From: Vulcanimicrobiota bacterium
GTDB lineage: Bacteria > Vulcanimicrobiota > Vulcanimicrobiia > Vulcanimicrobiales > Vulcanimicrobiaceae
Assembly (NCBI GenBank): GCA_963833095.1
Contig: CAWHWQ010000008.1
Coordinates: 96,001-160,000, forward strand
Direction of reading: 5' to 3'
Length of the DNA stretch: 64,000 bases
This document shows, in pieces, positions 1-11,843 of this stretch (position 1 is its first letter; each line of letters opens with the position of its first letter). The position numbers were made by a program, and so were the translations under genes. The notes under the pieces were generated by a model that was not told where the DNA came from, did not search any database, and saw nothing but the letters and a program-made list of their open reading frames with translations.

Positions 1-660
1 CGTGTCGGTACCGAGACCGGCGATCTTCGCGCCCATCGCGACCAGGAAGTTGGCGAGATCGGTGACTTCGGGTTCCATCGCAGCGTTCTTGATCGTCGTC
101 GTGCCTTCCGCGAGCACCGCGGCGAGCATCGCGTTCTTCGTCGCGCCGACGCTCGGCATACGAAACTCGATCGTCGCGCCCTGCAAGCGCGTGCGTTTGC
201 TCTCGGCGATGAGATAGCCGTGCGCGTTGCGCACCTCGCAGCCAAGCGCGACGAAGGCTTGTTCGTGCATGTCGGTCGCGCGCGTGCCGAGCACGCAGCC
301 GCCGGGCAGCGGAACTTCGGCGCGGCCGAAACGGCCGAGCAGCGGGCCGACGATATCGAACGACGCGGCGAGCTTGCGCACGAGCGCGTACGGCGCGCGA
401 TACGACGCAACGTTGCTGGAGTCGATCGTGATCGTGTTGTTGCCTTCGTAGCGCAGGCGCGCGCCGAGCGCTTCGAGCAGCGACCACATCACCGAAACGT
501 CGGTGATGCGCGGCACGCGATGCAGCGTGACTTTGCCTTTGGCGAGCAATGCGGCGGCCATGATCGGCAGCGCGGCGTTTTTCGCGCCGTGCGTAGCGAC
601 CGAGCCCTCCAGCCTCGCGCCGCCCCGTACCCGCAGCGTCGTCTCCAAACGATCAAGCAT
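1..660 (-). CDS. murA: UDP-N-acetylglucosamine 1-carboxyvinyltransferase (3' end runs off the window)
   Basis: Manual translation from ATG 660: MLDRLETTLRVRGGARLEGSVATHGAKNAALPIMAAALL...; GAKNAALP motif; lies downstream of the atp operon. Not in the ORF track. Confidence 0.95.
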   Translation of the reverse strand, partial: MLDRLETTLRVRGGARLEGSVATHGAKNAALPIMAAALLAKGKVTLHRVPRITDVSVMWSLLEALGARLRYEGNNTITIDSSNVASYRAPYALVRKLAASFDIVGPLLGRFGRAEVPLPGGCVLGTRATDMHEQAFVALGCEVRNAHGYLIAESKRTRLQGATIEFRMPSVGATKNAMLAAVLAEGTTTIKNAAMEPEVTDLANFLVAMGAKIAGLGTDT

Positions 661-760
661 TAGGATCGGTCGTTCGCTGGAAACGTCCAGGAACATGCGT
701 GAGCAAGCGAAGCGAGCCACGCGGCTTTAACAGGCGAAGCTTCAGCTTTGACCGTAAAGC

Positions 761-1135
761 CTAGTGGCCGGTCAGGCGCAGCTTGGCGTTGGCGAAATCG
801 ATGCGGCTGCTCTGCCGTCGGTCGCGCGTGCCAGCTCCTCGCGGGTCTCGCAACGTCGACGTCCTCGAAGCGCAGCGCCTCGTCGACCAGCACGGTGACC
901 CGGTCGGGCAGCGCCTGCATGAAGCCTTCGCCCGTGGCGAGTTCGAGCCGCTGCGTGTGCCGTCTTGACGACGTTGGCGCGTAGACGACCCGGGCTTGAG
1001 CGCGGCCAGAAACGGCGCGTGCTGCGGCAGGATGCCCTCCTCGCCTTCGGTCGTCACCGCAATCACCAGCTCGGCGTCGCCTTCGAAGACGAGCTGCGTG
1101 GGCGTGATCAGCTTGAACGGCACGGTGCTTGCCAT
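761..1135 (-). CDS. atpC: ATP synthase F1 epsilon subunit (frameshifted in assembly)
   Basis: MASTVPFKLITP...GEEGILPQHAPF; continues in another frame as ATGEGFMQALPDRVTVLVDEA. Confidence 0.9.
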   Translation of the reverse strand: MASTVPFKLITPTQLVFEGDAELVIAVTTEGEEGILPQHAPFLAALKPGSSTRQRRQDGTRSGSNSPRAKASCRRCPTGSPCWSTRRCASRTSTLRDPRGAGTRDRRQSSRIDFANAKLRLTGH

Positions 1136-1138
1136 CGC

Positions 1139-2625
<1,487 letters not shown>

Positions 2626-2628
2626 CTT

Positions 2629-3519
2629 TTATCCCTTTACCAGTGCTTCCGCGCCGGCGACGATTTCGAGGAGTTCTTTGGTAATCGCGGCTTGGCGCGC
2701 GTTGTTCATTTGAATGGTGAGCTCGTCGATCAATTTACCGGCGTTATCGGTCGCGTTGTTCATCGCGACCAACTGCGCGGCAAAAAACGCCGCATCGGTT
2801 TCGAGCATCGCCGAAAAGATCGTGAACTCGAGATATTTCGGCAGCAACCGCGAAAGCACGAATTCGGGCGAAGGTGCGAATTCGACCGCACCCTTCGCAC
2901 TTCGAGACGCCGCCTGCGGAGGCTCCTCAGTGTGACCTGCCGCTAGCGAGTCTCGTAGATCGGCACGAGTGTGCGCGTTTCGGGTTTCTGGGAGAGCATC
3001 GAGATCGAGCTTCGAGCAGATCAGCACGATCTCGGAGATCTTGCCGTCGATGAAGTCTTCGGTGACGCGTTGCGCGACTTCGCGCGCGACATCGAGTTTC
3101 GACGGCACGTTGAGCGCCCAGGTCGGCCGGTCGCCGTCGCCGAAGCGGCGGACGGCGTTACGCGCCTTGATACCGACCGTGTACCAAGCGACGTCTTTAT
3201 GCTCGCGCGCAAACTGCTCGGCCGCGCGAATGACGTTTGAGTTGAACGCGCCGGCCAGTCCTTTATCGGCGGTCATCAGAATCACGCCGAGCGGTGCGCT
3301 CGCTTTTCCGGGCTTCATGAACGGGTGATCGACCGAGGATACGGCCGCCATCAGATCGTGCAGCATCTCCGCAAGCGCATCCGCATACGGACGCGCTTGT
3401 TTCTGCGCCTGTTCGGCGCGGCGGATCTTCGCAGCGGCGACTTGCTTCATCGCCTTGGTGATCTGCTGCGTATTCTTCAGCGATCGTATCCGGTCGCGAA
3501 GATCTTTAACGCTTGGCAT
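2629..3519 (-). CDS. atpG: ATP synthase F1 gamma subunit
   Basis: [50 protein letters not shown]. Confidence 0.97.
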   Translation of the reverse strand: MPSVKDLRDRIRSLKNTQQITKAMKQVAAAKIRRAEQAQKQARPYADALAEMLHDLMAAVSSVDHPFMKPGKASAPLGVILMTADKGLAGAFNSNVIRAAEQFAREHKDVAWYTVGIKARNAVRRFGDGDRPTWALNVPSKLDVAREVAQRVTEDFIDGKISEIVLICSKLDLDALPETRNAHTRADLRDSLAAGHTEEPPQAASRSAKGAVEFAPSPEFVLSRLLPKYLEFTIFSAMLETDAAFFAAQLVAMNNATDNAGKLIDELTIQMNNARQAAITKELLEIVAGAEALVKG

Positions 3520-5019
3520 TAGAAGCTCTTATTGAACTCCGTGAGCGCCGTTCGAGCTGCTTCTTGTTTTCGTCGGAAAGCTGTCCGCTCGACGCGATCG
3601 CCTGGGGAACCGCGGCGTACTTCTGCGTGCAGGAAGTCGATGAAGCCACGCGCCCAATCCTGCAGACGCGGCGTCGGCATGTCGTTGACGAAGCCGTTGG
3701 TCGCGCCGTAGAGCAGCGCGACTTGATCTTCCATCGTCATGCGGCTGATACTGCGGCTGCTTGAGCAGCTCGGTGATCTTCTCGCCGCGCAACAGCTGCA
3801 TTTGCGTCGGCTTGTCGAGATCGCTCGAGAGCTTGGCGAAGGCCGCGAGATCGCGGTATTGCGCGAGTTCGAGTTTGAGTTGGCCGGCAACCGATTTCAT
3901 CGCCTTCGTCTGCGCCGAACCGCCGACGCGCGAGACCGAGAGACCGACGTCGACGGCGGGACGGATGCCCTGGAAGAACAGTTCCGGCGTCAGGTAGATC
4001 TGACCGTCGGTGATCGAGATCACGTTGGTCGGAATGTACGCGGCGAAGTCGCCGGCTTGCGTTTCGATGATCGGCAGCGCGGTCATCGAACCGCCGCCGA
4101 GTTCGTCGGAGAGTTTCGCCGCGCGTTCGAGCAAGCGCGAATGCAGGAAGAAGACGTCGCCCGGATAGGCTTCGCGGCCCGGCGGACGGCGCAGCAGCAG
4201 CGACATCTCGCGATACGACTGCGCGTGCTTGGTGAGATCATCGTAAATGATCAGCACGTCTTTGCCCGCATACATCAGTTCTTCGCCCATCGCGCAGCCG
4301 GCGAACGGCGCGATCCAGCGCAGCGCGGCGGCTTCGGCCGGGCTAACGGCGACGATGGTGGTGTATTCCATCGCGCCTTTTTGTTCGAGCACTTGCGCGA
4401 GCGCGGCGACGGTCGAGTTCTTCTGACCGATCGCGACGTAGATGCAGAAGACGTTCTTGCCTTTTTGATTGATGATCGTGTCGATCGCGATCGCCGTCTT
4501 GCCGGTCGAACGGTCGCCGATGATCAGCTCGCGCTGGCCTTTGCCGATCGGAATCAGCGCGTCGATCGCGCGGATACCGGTCTGCAGCGGCTGCTTGACG
4601 CCTGGCGTTGCACGACGCCCGGCGCGACGTTTTCGATCGTGCGATAGTTTTTCGTTTCGATCGGGCCCTTGCCGTCGATCGGCTGGCCGAGCGGATTGAC
4701 GACGCGTCCGAGCAGCGCTTCGCCGACCGGAACCGAGGCGATGCGGCCGGTGCGGCGGACTTTGTCGCCTTCTTTGATGTCTTTGTCGCGGCCCATGATC
4801 ACGACGCCGACGTTGTCCTCTTCCAGGTTGAGCGCGACGCCTTGCATGCCGTTGCGGAACTCGACCAGTTCGGACGCGCGCACGCCGCGCAGCCCGTAAA
4901 CGCGCGCGAGGTTGGCGCCGACTTCGATGACCGTGCCGACTTCGTCTTCTTGGACGCCGCGCTTTGAAGCTCGCGATCTGCTGCTTGAGGATTCCGGCGA
5001 TTTCGTCTGCGTTAATCAT
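3519..5019 (-). CDS. atpA: ATP synthase F1 alpha subunit (frameshifted)
   Basis: MINADEI start; [37 protein letters not shown]. Confidence 0.97.
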
Positions 5020-5130
5020 CGTAAAAAGGCGCTCCGATCTAATCTCCGCGCCCCCCACTCCGTGGGGCCCCCGGTAGCGGGGCGCGTTAACAAATTGGTT
5101 AGAAAAAGATTCCCCTGGGGCGCCGCCACG

Positions 5131-5676
5131 TTAGTTGCCGCTCGCAAAAAGCGTTCGGGTCAGTTCTTCCAAGCGGCCCGCCACCGAGCCGTCGATCACG
5201 CGGTCGCCCATCGCGATGCGCACGCCGCCGATCAAACTCGGATCGTAGCGGACGTCCGCTTCAAATTTCTTGCTGTAGAGACGTTCGAGCTGCTCGACGA
5301 TCGCGCGAACTTCGGACTCGGACAGTTCGCGCGCGCTCGTGAGCGTGAGCGGCTCGACGCCGCGCGCCGCCTGCTCCAGCTTGCGATATTCCGACGACCA
5401 ATGCGTCGAGCAGCGCTTCGCGACGCTTGCGTACCAGAAGCAACAGCGTGTGGAGCGCGATCGTTCCGACCTTCCCTTGAACGCGGCCGTGAAAGCGTGC
5501 TCTTTGTCGCCGCGCGCGACCACCGGCGAAACGAAGAAGTCGGCGGTGGCGGGGTCCGCGTCGATCGTGCGCTCGATCATCTCGAGCTCGCGACCCGACA
5601 GCTCGACTGCGTTCGCGTCGTTCGCCAGGGAGAAAACCGCAGTTGCGTAGCGGCGGGCGAGTGTTTCGTTAGCCAC
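5131..5676 (-). CDS. atpH: ATP synthase delta subunit
   Basis: LARRYATAVF...DPSLIGGVRIAMGDRVIDGSV. Confidence 0.93.
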   Translation of the reverse strand: MANETLARRYATAVFSLANDANAVELSGRELEMIERTIDADPATADFFVSPVVARGDKEHAFTAAFKGRSERSRSTRCCFWYASVAKRCSTHWSSEYRKLEQAARGVEPLTLTSARELSESEVRAIVEQLERLYSKKFEADVRYDPSLIGGVRIAMGDRVIDGSVAGRLEELTRTLFASGN

Positions 5677-6148
5677 GGAGCGACGCCAGGAATTCTTTCA
5701 TCAATTGGGCATTGACGTTCGCGTCGATCCGCTGCGCGGCGCTTTGCCGCGCGATATCGAGCGCCTTAGCGGCGAGATCCTCGCGCATGCGCTCGCGGGC
5801 GGCGTTACGCGCGCGTTCGAGTTCACCTTGCGCATTGCGCACAAGGCGGTCGCCCGCCGCGCGAGCCTCCGCGACGATGGCGTCGCGCTCGTGCTGCGCC
5901 CGCTCTTTAGCGCGCTCGAGGATAGTCCGCGCGTCTCGCTTGGCGCCATCGATCTCGTGACGCAGCGCTTCGAGCGCCGCCTTCATCTCGTCGCGATGGC
6001 GTTCAGCCTGCGCGATGCGTTCGTTACTGGACTTTTGCGCCGAAGCGATCGCCGGCGTAACCCAATTCGCCACCGCCCAAATAATGAACGCAACGAACAG
6101 CACAAAACCGGCGATTTGGCTCCAAAAGGCGATTGCGTCGTAGTTCAC
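5669..6148 (-). CDS. atpF: ATP synthase F0 subunit b
   Basis: N-terminal TM helix, long coiled coil, operon position. Confidence 0.85.
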   Translation of the reverse strand: MNYDAIAFWSQIAGFVLFVAFIIWAVANWVTPAIASAQKSSNERIAQAERHRDEMKAALEALRHEIDGAKRDARTILERAKERAQHERDAIVAEARAAGDRLVRNAQGELERARNAARERMREDLAAKALDIARQSAAQRIDANVNAQLMKEFLASLRG

Positions 6149-6576
6149 GCGTGAATCTCCGGCAGGATACGCCCTACGATGCTCTCGGCAAGTTCCTGAG
6201 CGAGCGCGCGTTCACGAGGACGCACCGCCTCGACTTCACTTGCGACCTGCCGGTCCGCGTCATCGACGATCTGCCGCACTTTTTCGCCGTAATCACTTGC
6301 GAGCTTGGCGGCCTCGTTGCCTCCCTCATTGCGAGCGGCGGCGACCAGGTGATCCGATTCGCTCCGCGCATCGGCACGCACTTGCTCGGCCCGCGCGCGA
6401 AGCTCCGTCGCCTCCGCCTGCGCCCGGTCGTACTCGTGCGTGAGTCCTTCGATATACTCGCGCCGCTTCGCGATTGCGCTCTGCACGGGACGCAAAAAGA
6501 CCACGTACAAAATCGCGTAAAAAATCGCGAAGTTGACGAGTTGGACCCAAAACGTCCCGTCCGGCGTGAGAAACAT
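6145..6576 (-). CDS. ATP synthase F0 subunit b'
   Basis: DGTFWVQLVNFAIFYAILYVVFLRPV followed by a coiled coil; second b-type gene in the operon. Confidence 0.85.
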   Translation of the reverse strand: MFLTPDGTFWVQLVNFAIFYAILYVVFLRPVQSAIAKRREYIEGLTHEYDRAQAEATELRARAEQVRADARSESDHLVAAARNEGGNEAAKLASDYGEKVRQIVDDADRQVASEVEAVRPRERALAQELAESIVGRILPEIHA

Positions 6577-6593
6577 CGGTCTTCGCGCGTTCC

Positions 6594-6875
6594 CTAGTGG
6601 CCGGCGAGCGCTTTGGCGACGAGCGGAATGCTCGAAGCGCCGAACAGGATGAACAGGCCCAGACCCAGCGCGATAAACGCGTTGGCTTCGACAAAGCCGA
6701 CGCCGATGATCAGGAACTGGAGGATGTTCGGGCGGGCCTCGGGTTGACGCGCGATCGCTTCAACCGCGCGTGCACTCACCATACCGTCGCCGATGGTCGT
6801 CCCGATCGCAAAGCCGGCGGCGATGATCGCAAATGCGATAACGCCGACTGCGGCGATGATAGTTTCAGGGCTCAA
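6594..6875 (-). CDS. atpE: ATP synthase F0 subunit c
   Basis: Two TM helices, IARQPE loop, proton-binding Glu in FVEA; TTG start. Confidence 0.95.
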   Translation of the reverse strand: MSPETIIAAVGVIAFAIIAAGFAIGTTIGDGMVSARAVEAIARQPEARPNILQFLIIGVGFVEANAFIALGLGLFILFGASSIPLVAKALAGH

Positions 6876-6896
6876 CGTAGTGTCCTTTCTCGAGTA

Positions 6897-7631
6897 CTAG
6901 TGGTCGTCGGCCAGCGCCAACGAGAGATAGACGATGGAAAGCAACGCAAAGACGAACGCTTGCAGCAGCCCGACCAAGAAGTTGAAAATTTCTAAGAAGA
7001 ACGGCCCGAATCGCGGCCGCGAGCGAGAGATCGAAGGCGCCGATCTTGACCTGCGCCGTGATGATCTGAATGACGACGAAGAGCAGCAGTTCGCCAACGA
7101 AGATGTTGAAAAAGAGACGAGCGGCGAGCGTGGTCGGGCGCAGCACTTCTTCCAAAATGTTCAGAGGCAACATCGCCGGAAACGGTTGGGCGAGATGCTT
7201 GTAGAAGCCCGAGCCCCGCTTGCGAATGCCGCTGACTTGAATGACCACGAACACCAGGATCGCAAGCGCGGCGGCGGTGTTGATATCTGCGGTCGGCGAG
7301 CCGCCAAACGGCAAACGCAGCGGCTCTTTAAACGGAAACGCGCCGAACTCGTTGAGCAAAAAAATGAACATCGCGAGCGCGATAAAGAACGGTACGTACG
7401 GCTCGCCCTGTTTGCCCAGCGACCCGTAGGCGAGGTCGCGAAATAATTGATCACGCCTTCGATGAAGGTCTGGCGCTTGTTGACACGGGCGGAGTGATAC
7501 GACGCGCCGATCCAGGCAAAGAGCGGCAGCGTCACCGCCATGACGACCCAGGTCGTCAAAACGGTGTCGGAGTGCACGGTACCCAGCACGGGCACGTGCC
7601 AGAGCGCGTGTTCGCCGATTTGCTCGTGCAC
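6897..7631 (-). CDS. atpB: ATP synthase F0 subunit a (frameshifted)
   Basis: SPTADIN; RPTTLAARLFFNIFVGE; GLLQAFVFALLSIVY. Confidence 0.93.
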
Positions 7632-7657
7632 GAGTTCTAAACTCTACTCTCTTACCT

Positions 7658-7948
7658 TTAGCGTTCGCGTGCCACGCCGACGGCGTAGGACGCGATGGGT
7701 GTCAAAAGACCGGCGATATACAAAAGGCAGCACCACCAGGGCCCGACCGCCGCAAACGCCACCGCGACTATAGCGAAGACCCCTACCCGGGATAAACTAC
7801 TTATGACGAAGGACTTGGAGGCACCGGATTCCGCCAACCGTTCTCCCGCCGCGTTCAAGAGCCGGAGATTGAGATAGCCGCAGAACAGGCCTACGGCTAC
7901 GGCAAGGACGGCAAACAGGATCGCGCGGGCGACAGGTAGGTACGTCAC
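7658..7948 (-). CDS. atpI: ATP synthase subunit I-like membrane protein
   Basis: Hydrophobic 96-aa protein directly upstream of atpB. Confidence 0.7.
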   Translation of the reverse strand: MTYLPVARAILFAVLAVAVGLFCGYLNLRLLNAAGERLAESGASKSFVISSLSRVGVFAIVAVAFAAVGPWWCCLLYIAGLLTPIASYAVGVARER

Positions 7949-7954
7949 CTTGGC

Positions 7955-8134
7955 CTATTTTCCCGCCTGAAGAAGCGCGCGGGCTGCGACCAGCCCACCC
8001 AGCAGAACGCCGGCGAAGAGGCCGGCGACAGCCCACAGAGCGGTCCCCGTTCGGTGGGCGAGCGCAAGGCCGCCGGCAAAGCCGGCAAGCACCATCACCG
8101 CAAAGGTCGACCCTGCCGTGAGCGCTGCCTTCAT
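7955..8134 (-). CDS. AtpZ/AtpI-family small 2-TM protein
   Basis: Manual translation of 59 aa: MKAALTAGSTFAVMVLAGFAGGLALAHRTGTALWAVAGLFAGVLLGGLVAARALLQAGK*; first gene of the atp operon; below the ORF-track cutoff. Confidence 0.75.
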   Translation of the reverse strand: MKAALTAGSTFAVMVLAGFAGGLALAHRTGTALWAVAGLFAGVLLGGLVAARALLQAGK

Positions 8135-8209
8135 CGTTCGTTCTCGCCACCTTCCAACGCACCGAGTATTATCGGGTTATGCAGTTCGACGGAACTTGGA
8201 GAAGCTACC

Positions 8210-8710
8210 GTGCCGCGCCGATCGATTGAACTCCGCGCCCCGGTCGCCCTTGCCGCCGGTGCCGCCCGCGACGCGCTGCTTCGCGTCATGCATGCGATAG
8301 GCCAGGGGACGGCAACGCCCGACCAGTTGAACCTCTCCGTGTATCTGCGCGATTTACACGCCGACGTTCGCGGCGAGGTCCGTATACCCGTGACCGTTGA
8401 CGTCGTCGATCGGCCGGCACGCTTCGAATATGCGATCACGATTCACGCGGCGTCGGACGAGGGATTCTTTCCGCGCTTCGAGGGCACGCTCAGCATTACG
8501 CCGGTCGGGACGCAAAGCGAACTGTGGCTGCAAGGGACCTACGACCCACCTTTTGGTCTCGTGGGCGCGGTGCTCGATCGCACCGTGCTCCGCCACGCGG
8601 CCAAACGCAGCTTGCAATCCTTTTTGCAGCGCATCGCCGACGATGTCGCGAGCGACGAACGCGCTACCGAAGAGCAGCACCAACGAAGCGTTCGTGGTAT
8701 GCAACAGTAA
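8210..8710 (+). CDS. hypothetical protein (possible SRPBCC/CoxG-like fold)
   Basis: GTG at 8210 after GGAG; FPRFEGTLSI...LQGTYDPPFGLVGAVLD; upstream of the USP gene. Confidence 0.6.
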   Translation: MPRRSIELRAPVALAAGAARDALLRVMHAIGQGTATPDQLNLSVYLRDLHADVRGEVRIPVTVDVVDRPARFEYAITIHAASDEGFFPRFEGTLSITPVGTQSELWLQGTYDPPFGLVGAVLDRTVLRHAAKRSLQSFLQRIADDVASDERATEEQHQRSVRGMQQ

Positions 8711-8730
8711 TCCAAAGGCACAGGAGCTTT

Positions 8731-9222
8731 ATGTTCAACACCATGCTCGTCGCAGTCGACGAATCGCAAGCCTCCAAAGAAGCCTGCGATCTTGCCGTCA
8801 AGTTAGCGCTCGAGGACCATGCCAGCCTCGTGCTCGTCACTATCATCGACGTCGGCAAGCTCATCACGGTCGCCGGATACGATTCGCCCTATCCGGCCGA
8901 GACTCTCGACATCATGCGCAAGGCGGCGCAGAAGTTGCTCAACGAGAGCGGGGCTGCGTGCGAAGCGCAAGGTTTGAAGGTGAGCACCGCCGTGGGTGAA
9001 GGGGACGCGGTCGACGAGATCGTGCGCCTTGCGGATGCGTACGACGCCGGCCTCATTTGCATCGGTACGCACGGACGCGAGGGCCTTGCACGGCTCTTTG
9101 TCGGCAGCGTCGCTGAAGGCGTATTGCGACGCGCGAACGTTCCGGTGCTCGTCGTTCGCCCAACGTCAGAGCAAAGCAGCGTGAAAGGAAGCGGGGAAGC
9201 TGCCACCGCGCAGGCGCGCTAA
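8731..9222 (+). CDS. universal stress protein
   Basis: MFNTMLVAVDES...IGTHGREGLARLFVGSVAEGVLRRANVPVLVV; AGGAG RBS. Confidence 0.92.
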   Translation: MFNTMLVAVDESQASKEACDLAVKLALEDHASLVLVTIIDVGKLITVAGYDSPYPAETLDIMRKAAQKLLNESGAACEAQGLKVSTAVGEGDAVDEIVRLADAYDAGLICIGTHGREGLARLFVGSVAEGVLRRANVPVLVVRPTSEQSSVKGSGEAATAQAR

Positions 9223-10327
9223 CAACCAAGCGACGATGCGCGGCGCCGCGAGCCCGTCGCCGTACGGATTGGCCGCGCGCGCCATGCGCGCGTACGCTTC
9301 TGGATCGCTCAGTAGCCGGCTGCTGCGGCGACGATGGCGGCGCGATCGTGTCCGACCAGCTCGAGCGTCCCGGCCTCAAGGCCCTCGGGCCGTTCGGTTT
9401 CCTCGCGCATGACCAGCACGGGCTTTCCCAGCGTCGGTGCCTCCTCTTGCAAACCGCCCGAATCGGTGAGACAAAGGTGAGTGCTTTAACCGCGGCGACC
9501 ATCCGCGCGTAGTCGATCGGATCGACCAGCACGACGCCGGGACGCTGCCGAGCACGTCGTAGCGCGACCGGCGCGAACGTGCGGCGAGGGATGCACCGGC
9601 CAGTAGATCTGCGGACGCGAGGGCAACTGGGCGATATCGCCCATCGCTTCGCACATCTCGCGCATGATAGGGATGATTCTCGCGGCGGTGCGCGGTGACC
9701 AGCAGGATCGGCCGCGCCGGATCGAGTTCGTTCCAACGCGGCGGCTGCGGAAGATCGTTGCGTTGCGCGGTTTCGAGAAACGCATCGATGACGGTGTTGC
9801 CGGTCACGATGATATCGTTCGGGTCGACGTGTTCGTTCAGCGAGATGTTCGCGCGCCAGCGAGCGTCGGCGCGAAGTGGTACGACGCGATCGTGCCGGTC
9901 AGACGCCGGTTCATCTCTTCGGGATACGGCAGCCAGCGATCGTTGGTGCGCAGCCCGGCCTCGACGTGACCGACCGGAATTTGTTGATAGAACGCCGCCA
10001 GCGCTGCCGCGGTGCTGGTGGTCGTGTCGCCGTGCACCAGCACGACGTCGGGCCGCGCCTGCTGCGAGCACCGGCTCCATGCCCTCGAGCACGCGCGTCG
10101 TAATCTGCGTCAGCGTCTGATCGTCGGTCATGATAGTCGAGATCGAAGTCCGGCTCGATCGCAAAGAGTTCGAGCAAATCGTCGAGCATCTGCCGGTGTT
10201 GCGCGGTGACGCACACCGATCGTCGATGGCTTGCTCAGCGCGTAGCGCGTGCACGACCGGGCGCCATCTTGATCGTATCCGGGCGCGTCCCGAACACGGT
10301 CATGACGCGCAGCTTGTTTTGATTCAT
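9166..10327 (-). CDS. wecB: UDP-N-acetylglucosamine 2-epimerase (frameshifted)
   Basis: VFGTRP...[43 protein letters not shown] motifs across frames. Confidence 0.92.
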
Positions 10328-11401
10328 CTATAGCGTGTGGCGGAAAGACGTGAGTGAACTCGCCCGAGAGCACGAGAGCGACGAAACCCAGCACGAAGCA
10401 GACGGCATAGATCAGCAGCACCGCTTGGCGCACGTTCAACCCGAAGCGGAAAATCAGCTGGTGATGGAAATGTCCGCGATCGGCTTCGGTAATGCGCTTG
10501 CCTGCGCAGGCTCGCCGCACGATTACGGCAGCCGTATCGAGAATCGGCAACGCCAGCACGACGAGCGGGACAACGATGGAAATCGCGATCGCCGTCTTGC
10601 TCTCGCCGATGATCGACACGGTCGCAAAGACGAACCCGATGAAGAGCGACCCCGCGTCACCCAGAAAGATTTTCGCCGGATTGAAGTTATAGGGCAGAAA
10701 GCCGAGCGCCGCGCCGGCGAGCGCAATCACCACCAGCGCGACGACGGGATTCGCGTGCACGACTGAGATCGCGAAGAGAAACAGGCCCGAGATCAGCGTA
10801 AATCCCGAGAGCAATCCGTCGAGCCCGTCGATGAAGTTGATCGCGTTCATCATGCCGACGTACCAGAACAGCGTGAGCGGAATCGACAGCCACAAGGGAA
10901 AGTCGATCCAGTTGGTATGCGGGTTATGATCGAACGGATTCGTTATGCCCTGGATGATGAATCCATACAGCATCGAGACCAGCGCCACGACGATCTGCGC
11001 GATAAATTTGTTGCGCGGACGCATCCCCATGATGTCGTCCCAGAGACCTACACCTAAAATAAGCATCCCGCCGAAGAGCAGGCCGACAAGGCGATGCACG
11101 TTGTCGAACTGATCCGCGATGGCGTTGACCTTTTGATGGAGGTCCAAGTGCGCTATCGACGGGTAGAGCGCGTACGGCGAAGTCAGCGCAAATCCAAGCA
11201 CGGCAAAAAGCGCGAACGCAAAACCAAAGAAAACCGCTAGGCCGCCGATGCGAGGGGTCGGAACGTCGTGGACGCGCCGCTCCTCATTCGTTGCGTCGAT
11301 GATCTCGAGATGCGTCGCGAGCCGAATGACCAGCGGCGTCGCGCAGCGGCGACGGTCGCTGCAATTGCGAACGTCAAGAAGTAGATCAGCGCGGCCGTCA
11401 T
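10328..11401 (-). CDS. undecaprenyl-phosphate GlcNAc-1-phosphate transferase (WecA/TagO, MraY-like)
   Basis: PTPRIGGLA, GLWDD, NAINFIDGLDGL, NFNPAKIFLGDAGS, DRGHFHH. Confidence 0.92.
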
Positions 11402-11843
11402 TGGCGCGCGCCTTCGAGTGAAGCAAACGGGCACGCAGCGCGACGCCGGCTTCGGCGAGCAGTTCGCGCCGCGACCGGGTCAGGATAGGGCTGATCGTAG
11501 ACGATCTTCACAACGCCGGCGCTGATGAGCAGCTTCGAGCAGTTGACGCACGGTTGATGCGTGCAATAAGCGGTCGCGCCTTGGAGCCCGACGCCGTGCA
11601 GCGCGCCCTGAACGATCGCATTAGCTTCGGCATGCGTTGCTCGTTGGCAATGATCGTTGACGACGATGCAGCCGGCCTCGGTGCAATGCGCCACGCCGCG
11701 CGGCGCGCCGTTGTACCCGGTGGTGAGAATGCGATGCTCGCGCACGAGCACGCGCCAACCGACGCGCGCGGGCACGTCGCGCGCGTCGCGACCGTTCGCG
11801 CGATCTGCATAAAGTACTCATCCCAGCCGGGACGGGCGCTCAT
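11398..11843 (-). CDS. dCMP/cytidine deaminase family protein (frameshifted)
   Basis: RPGWDEYFM...RATCPR; TGYNG; HAEANA; PCVNC zinc motifs. Confidence 0.9.
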
